Assembly (NCBI GenBank): GCA_964531475.1
Contig: CAZHCS010000002.1
Coordinates: 4,548 to 68,547, forward strand
Length of the DNA: 64,000 nt
Source of the DNA: an uncultured Candidatus Saccharibacteria bacterium
GTDB lineage: Bacteria > Patescibacteriota > Minisyncoccia > Phycocordibacterales > CSBR16-119
Reading direction: 5' to 3'
In this document: piece after piece, positions 58,532 through 64,000 of the stretch
Layout: the number at the start of each line of letters is the position of its first letter
Numbering within the stretch: the stretch's first letter is position 1
The notes under the pieces: model-generated
Told to the model about the DNA's origin: nothing
Database searches by the model: none
What the model saw: the letters and a program-made list of their open reading frames with translations, nothing else
Position numbers and translations under genes: made by a program

Positions 58532-58957
58532 TCAATTCTTTCCTGTCGAGCCTTCCCTACCCGCGCCACGCGCCGTATCCGAAAGCTCGTCCACTTCGAC
58601 AAGATCGCAGTCTTCGAATTTTTGGATAATCATCTGGGTAAACTTCTGTCCGGCTTCGATGACTTGTTCTTTGTCGGACGTATTCACAAGCGACGCGACA
58701 AACTCACCACGAAAACCGCTGTCAATGACGCCGCCCATGATTTTCAAACCCTGATTAAACGAGACACTCGATTTGTCCCACACTAGCCCTACATAGCCAA
58801 GCGGGATTTCAAGCGCGATTCCTGTCCGGACCCGCATCTGCCCGCCTGGTGTAAACACGACTTTTTCCAAAGCAAAGAAATCAATCCCAGCATCGCCCGC
58901 GTGCCCCTTTGCCGGCATCTTGGCCCGAGCGTCTAAGCGTTTCCATTGGAGTTCCAT
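58532..58957 (-). CDS. dut: dUTP diphosphatase
   Basis: DAGIDF, KSS, GVIDSGFRGE, RG.G.EGSTG. Confidence 0.93.
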   Translation of the reverse strand: MELQWKRLDARAKMPAKGHAGDAGIDFFALEKVVFTPGGQMRVRTGIALEIPLGYVGLVWDKSSVSFNQGLKIMGGVIDSGFRGEFVASLVNTSDKEQVIEAGQKFTQMIIQKFEDCDLVEVDELSDTARGAGREGSTGKN

Positions 58958-59031
58958 AACACTGATTTTAGCATAATTGCAGGTAAGCATTTTAGATGCT
59001 AATATCGACGAAACCACTGAACCCTACAATC

Positions 59032-59607
59032 ATGTCTATCGTAGCTTACGACCAGAACAGGACCAATGAACAACACGACAAGGTCACGAGTGAGGCACTT
59101 AAGCTCGCTCGGGATAAAAATGACGATTACGGATCGTCTTGGACAATCCTAAGACTATCTTCAGTAACCGCTCAGGCCTTTGCAAAAGCATTGAGGATCA
59201 GATCCATACAGGATGCCGGGAAACAGGAAGTCGCGGATTCAATACGGAGCGATTTCATCGGCATTATGAACTATGCGGCAATGGGATTGGCTCTCATGGA
59301 ACCGAACGTCGCGAATGACTTCCATCTGTCCAAGGAACGACAGAACGAACTATTGACCAACGCGATGAGCAAAGCGCGCGCCCTGATGATCAAGAAGAAT
59401 CACGACTATGGCGAAGCATTTCGCATCTTCGAGATCAGTGCTCTGCTCGACCTGATACTCCAGCGACTTGTCCGAATGAAAGCCATGCATGAGCGCAACA
59501 GCATGACCAAGGTTTCCGAAGGCCTGGATCAAAACTATTGCGACCTGATCAACTACGCGGTTTTCTGCGTCATTCGGCTCGACGAAGGCGCTGACCAGAT
59601 GAAGTAG
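59032..59607 (+). CDS. Tandem DUF1599 (nucleotide-modification-associated) protein
   Basis: Two repeats: KNDDYGSSW...IMNYA and KNHDYGEAF...DLINYA. Confidence 0.8.
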   Translation: MSIVAYDQNRTNEQHDKVTSEALKLARDKNDDYGSSWTILRLSSVTAQAFAKALRIRSIQDAGKQEVADSIRSDFIGIMNYAAMGLALMEPNVANDFHLSKERQNELLTNAMSKARALMIKKNHDYGEAFRIFEISALLDLILQRLVRMKAMHERNSMTKVSEGLDQNYCDLINYAVFCVIRLDEGADQMK

Positions 59608-59721
59608 CTCTTTCGAGAACGCCCCCACGTCATGACGTGGGGGCTTTTTCATGCCTTTTGACACCTTTGACTTCCTCCCCCGCTTCGGGTAGGTTTAGGT
59701 AAACCAACACTGACCTTTAAC

Positions 59722-60657
59722 ATGGAAGCGATTCTTTTCGATCCAAACAGAGACGGATACCCGAACCGCGGACACGCAGATCACGAATATCTGCCGTGGG
59801 TTCGGGAACTCCTGCGGATACATGATGAAGACCCTGAGGGAAACCTTTTGGGCAACCGCACCGGTACCGGCACCTATGGCATCTTCGGGGCACGAATGGT
59901 CTTTGACCTCAAGCTCGGCTTCCCGCTCCTGACCACGAAGAAAGTTCACATGAAGAGTATCATCCATGAACTCCTATGGTTTCTGATGGGTAGTACGAAC
60001 ATCAAGTACTTGCAGGAAAATGGTGTGAAGATCTGGGATGAGTGGGCCGACGAAAACGGCGAACTCGGACCAGTGTATGGTTCGCAGTGGCGGTCGTGGC
60101 CAAATATGGTCTTCAAAGGACCCGACGTGACAGGAATTGATGAGGATATCATGGCAGGCTCAGCAGGCTGGAGGAATAAGCCTATTGATCAGATCAAGAA
60201 CCTCATCGACGGGCTCAAGAAAAACCCCCGCGGCCGTCGTCACATCGTCAGTGCCTGGAATCCCGCCGAGATCGACCAGATGAAACTGCCGCCATGCCAC
60301 TGCCTGTTCCAGTTCTTTGTCGACAAAGACAACAACCTGTCCTGCCAGCTTTATCAAAGGAGCTGCGACAGCTTCCTCGGCGTTCCTTTCAACATCGCAT
60401 CCTATGCGCTCCTCACTATGATGGTCGCGCAGGTCTGTGACATGAAGCCCGGTCACTTCGTCCACACATTCGGCGATTTCCACTTGTATGCGGACCACGT
60501 CGAACAGGCACGACTCCAGCTCACGCGCGAACCGAGGCCCCTTCCGCGGATGATCATCAATCCTAAAGTGAAAGACATCTTTGGCTTCAAGTTCGAAGAT
60601 TTCAAGCTAGAGGGCTACGATCCACATCCGAAGATCGAGGCGAAGGTCGCGGTATGA
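59722..60657 (+). CDS. thyA: Thymidylate synthase
   Basis: [41 protein letters not shown]. Confidence 0.98.
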   Translation: MEAILFDPNRDGYPNRGHADHEYLPWVRELLRIHDEDPEGNLLGNRTGTGTYGIFGARMVFDLKLGFPLLTTKKVHMKSIIHELLWFLMGSTNIKYLQENGVKIWDEWADENGELGPVYGSQWRSWPNMVFKGPDVTGIDEDIMAGSAGWRNKPIDQIKNLIDGLKKNPRGRRHIVSAWNPAEIDQMKLPPCHCLFQFFVDKDNNLSCQLYQRSCDSFLGVPFNIASYALLTMMVAQVCDMKPGHFVHTFGDFHLYADHVEQARLQLTREPRPLPRMIINPKVKDIFGFKFEDFKLEGYDPHPKIEAKVAV

Positions 60658-60701
60658 ACATTCCAAAGCACAAAGCCCCCACGCATGCGTGGGGGCTTTC
60701 G

Positions 60702-61790
60702 CTATTTGAACTGCTTACCAAGCTTCGGGCCAACCTGGTCTACATAGTTCGAACTCTTCTCGGTGTACGGTTTTTCAGCCGGCGCCGCCATCGCTTCGTA
60801 AACGATCCGCGCAACTGGCTGATCGACTCGCAGATACATCGGTGCGAACGGCTGGACTTCGAGCGTAAGCGTCGAACCATTACTGCCTCCCCACCCGTCA
60901 TCGATATAGCCCGCGAAATGGCTCCGAAAATTACCAACGCGGTCATCCATGGCCCGCATCTCGCAGGCATGAGTGATCGGCACGCGTACTCCTTCGATGC
61001 TCGAGAGGATATAGAAGTGATCCCTTTCAAGAAAGAGTCGGCCGTCAGTCGGCAGTGGTATCGCTCTCCAGAACACGGTCCGATCGAGACCCTTGGCTGC
61101 CATGTCGAGTACCGCATGCGTCGCGATGGCCTCGTACCCGACGATATCAGACGCAAGATCGATAGCAAGCGACACTGAGCCGTCGTAATCAGCGACATCA
61201 GAAAGTGGTATCGGTGACCCGTCGGGTTTGAAGAGTATCGACCCAGCCGACTTCTCCATGGCGAGCAAGGCTTCCTTATCCCTGATCCGCGTATCGCTTG
61301 AAAAGAAGCGGATCTGATTGAGTGGCAATCCGTCGTAAAGAAGCGTCATGAACGCGAACGGCTTTACCTCGAGCCAAACATCGCCTTCGTAACCAGGCGG
61401 TATCGTATCGTAAGCTGGTACCCCATCAGCCAAAAGTCGTACGTGCATTCCGCTGCGCCCCGTCGTTGACTTCGGATTGCCGTAAGCATAGACGTTTTTG
61501 GGCAGCTTGAACCTCTCGTTCAAACGCACAACATATGTCAGCCCGCGCTGAAGCGGATTGGCGATATTGTGACGCGAACGAGGAATGCTTTTGAGAAGAT
61601 TGCGGATCGATTCCCCTTGGCGAGGCATCGGTAAGGCCGACACCATGTATATCTCGGTAGAGACTGTGGTATCGAGTGAACTCGACCCAACCATGGAAGC
61701 GCAGGCCCGATCAATACAACCTTCGCGAATGAGTTCGCGGATATAGGTGTCAGGCAGAACGCCTTTCAAGGTACTGTAATCTGTCATCAT
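60702..61790 (-). CDS. dcd: dCTP deaminase (long two-domain type)
   Basis: SSLD, NPKSTTGR, FRSHFAGYIDDGWG, TLEV. Confidence 0.85.
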   Translation of the reverse strand: MMTDYSTLKGVLPDTYIRELIREGCIDRACASMVGSSSLDTTVSTEIYMVSALPMPRQGESIRNLLKSIPRSRHNIANPLQRGLTYVVRLNERFKLPKNVYAYGNPKSTTGRSGMHVRLLADGVPAYDTIPPGYEGDVWLEVKPFAFMTLLYDGLPLNQIRFFSSDTRIRDKEALLAMEKSAGSILFKPDGSPIPLSDVADYDGSVSLAIDLASDIVGYEAIATHAVLDMAAKGLDRTVFWRAIPLPTDGRLFLERDHFYILSSIEGVRVPITHACEMRAMDDRVGNFRSHFAGYIDDGWGGSNGSTLTLEVQPFAPMYLRVDQPVARIVYEAMAAPAEKPYTEKSSNYVDQVGPKLGKQFK

Positions 61791-61892
61791 AGTCTATTGT
61801 TTTTTCTAGAGCCTACACCTTTCACACCTAGTACGCAACCCATGGACAAAGGGTTAGGAAAAGGCTATAACAGGGCAAACAAAACCAAGTAC

Positions 61893-62453
61893 ATGCCACA
61901 TCCAGAAATCATCGCTATCGCCTGTATCAGGAAACACGACCAGGCTATTGGCCGAAATAACGGACTCTTGTTTCGGATCAAAGAAGACATGAAGTTCTTC
62001 GTAAACTGGACAACGGGTCACACTGTCATCATGGGTCGCAATAACTGGGACTCCATCCCGCCGCAATACCGGCCACTTAGGGACCGCTTGAACATAGTCC
62101 TATCACGGCGCATTGACACCAGGTTCCCCGAAGGAGTCTTCAAGGCCAACACGCTCGAAGCGGCCATCGGGCTCGCCACGGTGAAAAAGCATGGCAATAT
62201 CTTCATCATCGGCGGCGGCCAGGTCTACCAAGAAGCCTTGCGAAAAAAACTTGTCGACCTGGTCGTACTAACTGTCGTAAACGACCCGGAAGGCGAAGAC
62301 AATAGTGTGGCGGATACGTTCTTCGCGCCCAATCACGAGTGGAAGAACGACTTCGAGCCGGCAGAGGAGAAAGGCGTATTCAAGAGAGTGCGCGACCACA
62401 CAGGGAAATTCTTTGAGAGGATTCCTGTACTTGTGTATCGTCGCAGGGAGTAA
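61893..62453 (+). CDS. folA: Dihydrofolate reductase
   Basis: IG.NN.L, EDM.FF, VIMGR..W.SIP..RPL..R.N, IIGGG.VY, ADTFF. Confidence 0.92.
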   Translation: MPHPEIIAIACIRKHDQAIGRNNGLLFRIKEDMKFFVNWTTGHTVIMGRNNWDSIPPQYRPLRDRLNIVLSRRIDTRFPEGVFKANTLEAAIGLATVKKHGNIFIIGGGQVYQEALRKKLVDLVVLTVVNDPEGEDNSVADTFFAPNHEWKNDFEPAEEKGVFKRVRDHTGKFFERIPVLVYRRRE

Positions 62454-62550
62454 ACAAGCGCGGGGGCCTATGGCCCCCGCGCTTTCTTATTCCAAAAGAA
62501 AAAGCTCCACGAGGTGGTGTGGAGCTTTTTCGGGAACAGTGGATATCCAG

Positions 62551-62700
62551 CTAGGTCAGCGATGGTACCACGATTGGGACACCCACGCTGTTCGCGAACT
62601 TGATCTCCGCAAGCATGTGACCCCGCCTCATGAGTCCAGATATGGCATCGGCGGCTGCTTGTTGCTTGGACGCTTTCTTACCGGCAGTTTTCGTTCCCAT
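62551..62700 (-). CDS. Small ORF (49 aa) below the ORF-track cutoff
   Basis: MGTKTAGKKASKQQAAADAISGLMRRGHMLAEIKFANSVGVPIVVPSLT*; TTGACA promoter-like site, AC-rich leader, terminator 62500-62531. Confidence 0.5.
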   Translation of the reverse strand: MGTKTAGKKASKQQAAADAISGLMRRGHMLAEIKFANSVGVPIVVPSLT

Positions 62701-62759
62701 TGATAGTACGGTTTTGGTTTAAATTCAATACTACGCCTAAAATAAAATGTGTCAACCCT

Positions 62760-62819
62760 CACACCTACTTTTTGATCGCGCCAAAGGCGCTTGGCGGAGC
62801 CCATCAAAAAGTGGGTGTG
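62760..62819. repeat. REP-like palindrome family A, copy 3
   Basis: cacacctactttttgat...atcaaaaagtgggtgtg. Confidence 0.8.
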
Positions 62820-62843
62820 GAGACAAACCCCTTCCCCCTCCCA

Positions 62844-62971
62844 GCGAAGCAGACACGTCATTAAAAAGGGCTTACCGCAGGCGCGTGTTTACAAACGCGC
62901 CGAGGTAGAGGAAAGCCCGCCTTATGAATGGCGGGTTATTCCGTGCCTTTTTAATGATGTGGCTGCGAAGC
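62844..62971. repeat. Stop-codon-abutting palindrome, type B copy 2
   Basis: gcgaagc-agacacgtcattaaaaagg...cctttttaatgatgtggct-gcgaagc; inner CCGCAGG/CCGAGG. Confidence 0.72.
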
Positions 62972-62972
62972 G

Positions 62973-63404
62973 CTACTTTACTTCTATACCCATCGACCTG
63001 CACTGCCCTTCCAAAATCTTCACGGCAGCGTCAACGGAATTTGCCGACAAATCATTCATTTTTACTTCGGCGATCTCGGCAAGCTTGGCGCGAGTGATGC
63101 TGCCGGCCTTTTTCGTGGCGTTCTTTCCAGAACCCTTTTCAAGTCCAGCTGCTTTTAGAATCATAGGTCCTGTAAGCGGGGTTTTAGCGTCAAACTCGTA
63201 AGTGCGGTCTTCAAAGACGCGAAGCTTGACCGAAACCTTGCCCATACCCATCATGCCCTTTGTGCGATCATTGAATTCGGTCACAAAAGCGGCAATAGGA
63301 ATACCGGCCTGACCAATAGCGGGTCCGACTGGAGGAGCCGGGGTCGCGCGGCCAGCCTCGATCTGTAATTTAACGTTTTTTACTACTTTCTTTTTGGATG
63401 CCAT
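62973..63404 (-). CDS. rplK: 50S ribosomal protein L11
   Basis: KLQI.AG.ATPAPPVGPA.G, G..RSMGIEV. Confidence 0.98.
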   Translation of the reverse strand: MASKKKVVKNVKLQIEAGRATPAPPVGPAIGQAGIPIAAFVTEFNDRTKGMMGMGKVSVKLRVFEDRTYEFDAKTPLTGPMILKAAGLEKGSGKNATKKAGSITRAKLAEIAEVKMNDLSANSVDAAVKILEGQCRSMGIEVK

Positions 63405-63422
63405 AGGTGGGGATAGATTAGC

Positions 63423-63971
63423 TTAAATTTTACGAACTTGCAAGAAGTCCAATTCGACCGGCGTTTCTCGTCCGAACATAGACACCAAGACGTTGATCTT
63501 GCCACGTTCGGCGTCGATTTGGTTGACCTTGCCTTCTAGGTCTTTGAACGGGCCATCGACTATCTTGACCGTCTCACCAATAACCATATCGATGTCATGT
63601 TTTGCACCGTCATCTTTCTTCATGCGGCCAAGAAGCATGTCTATTTCTGCCGGAGATACCGGTACAGGGTTTACACCAGCACCAACGAACCCTGTTACGC
63701 GCGGAGTGTTACGAACAACATACCACGAGTCATCGGTCACTATCATGTCTACCAAAACGTATCCAGGATAAATCTTTTCTTCAACCTCGACACGCTTGTT
63801 GCCTTTGATCTTGATGTTTTTCTCGGTCGGGACGATAACGTCAAAAATGCGGTCCTGCATACCAAGACTTTCAATGCGTTGCTTCAAATTCCTCTCGACG
63901 GCACGTTCATAGCCGGCGTAGGTGTGGATGGCGTACCAATTCCTCTGTCCTGAAAGTTCTTGCTTTGCCAT
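63423..63971 (-). CDS. nusG: Transcription termination/antitermination factor NusG
   Basis: WYAIHTYAGYE, YPGYVLV, VRNTPRVTGFVG, KOW GPF, MFGRETPVEL. Confidence 0.98.
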   Translation of the reverse strand: MAKQELSGQRNWYAIHTYAGYERAVERNLKQRIESLGMQDRIFDVIVPTEKNIKIKGNKRVEVEEKIYPGYVLVDMIVTDDSWYVVRNTPRVTGFVGAGVNPVPVSPAEIDMLLGRMKKDDGAKHDIDMVIGETVKIVDGPFKDLEGKVNQIDAERGKINVLVSMFGRETPVELDFLQVRKI

Positions 63972-64000
63972 ATAAGTTAGATTATCTTCTCCAACAAGCT

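Noticed and set aside
58532-62453. Prophage suggested by nucleotide-metabolism genes and small orphans
   Set aside because: No structural, terminase or integrase genes; mixed orientations; flanked by core genes.
1-64000. CRISPR array, cas genes, tRNA or rRNA
   Set aside because: No regularly spaced direct repeats with unique spacers, no cas motifs, and no cloverleaf/TTCGA-CCA or rRNA signature recognised by eye.
1-64000. Second DGR target within the window
   Set aside because: No other ORF ends in a TR-like W....RF motif and no third copy of the repeat was seen; remote targets outside the window remain possible.

Overview
Bacterial chromosomal segment, very probably Parcubacteria (Patescibacteria/CPR), judged from gene content, SD-less leaders and rplK not being followed by rplA. 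Layout: (1) 1-18.6 kb surface-polysaccharide locus; (2) a Bacteroidota-like secreted protein and a peptidoglycan-binding surface protein with a long structured leader; (3) housekeeping genes (ftsK, recA, ndk, map, adk, rpsF-ssb-rpsR, tatD, metG, glyQS, recO, ileS, argS, msrA, nusG-rplK); (4) a complete diversity-generating retroelement (DGR) at about 52.5-55.2 kb; (5) a dut/DUF1599/thyA/dcd/folA thymidylate cluster. The DGR is the clearest system: TR and VR align over 131 bp with 19 of 20 mismatches at TR adenines. Its avd gene is antisense to TR and RT and is cut off from both candidate ATG starts by a C10 tract, a likely slippage ON/OFF switch. Other unexplained signals: two homologous, apparently independently transcribed structured RNAs (about 27.4-27.8 kb and 39.1-39.4 kb) sharing an identical 24-nt core; a MITE family that inserts at and duplicates start codons; covarying palindromes abutting stop codons; in-frame repeat insertions in RecA, TatD, FtsK and IleRS; and a histidine-phosphatase domain inside IleRS. 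All alignments and counts were done by eye; protein family calls come from motif recognition, not database searches.
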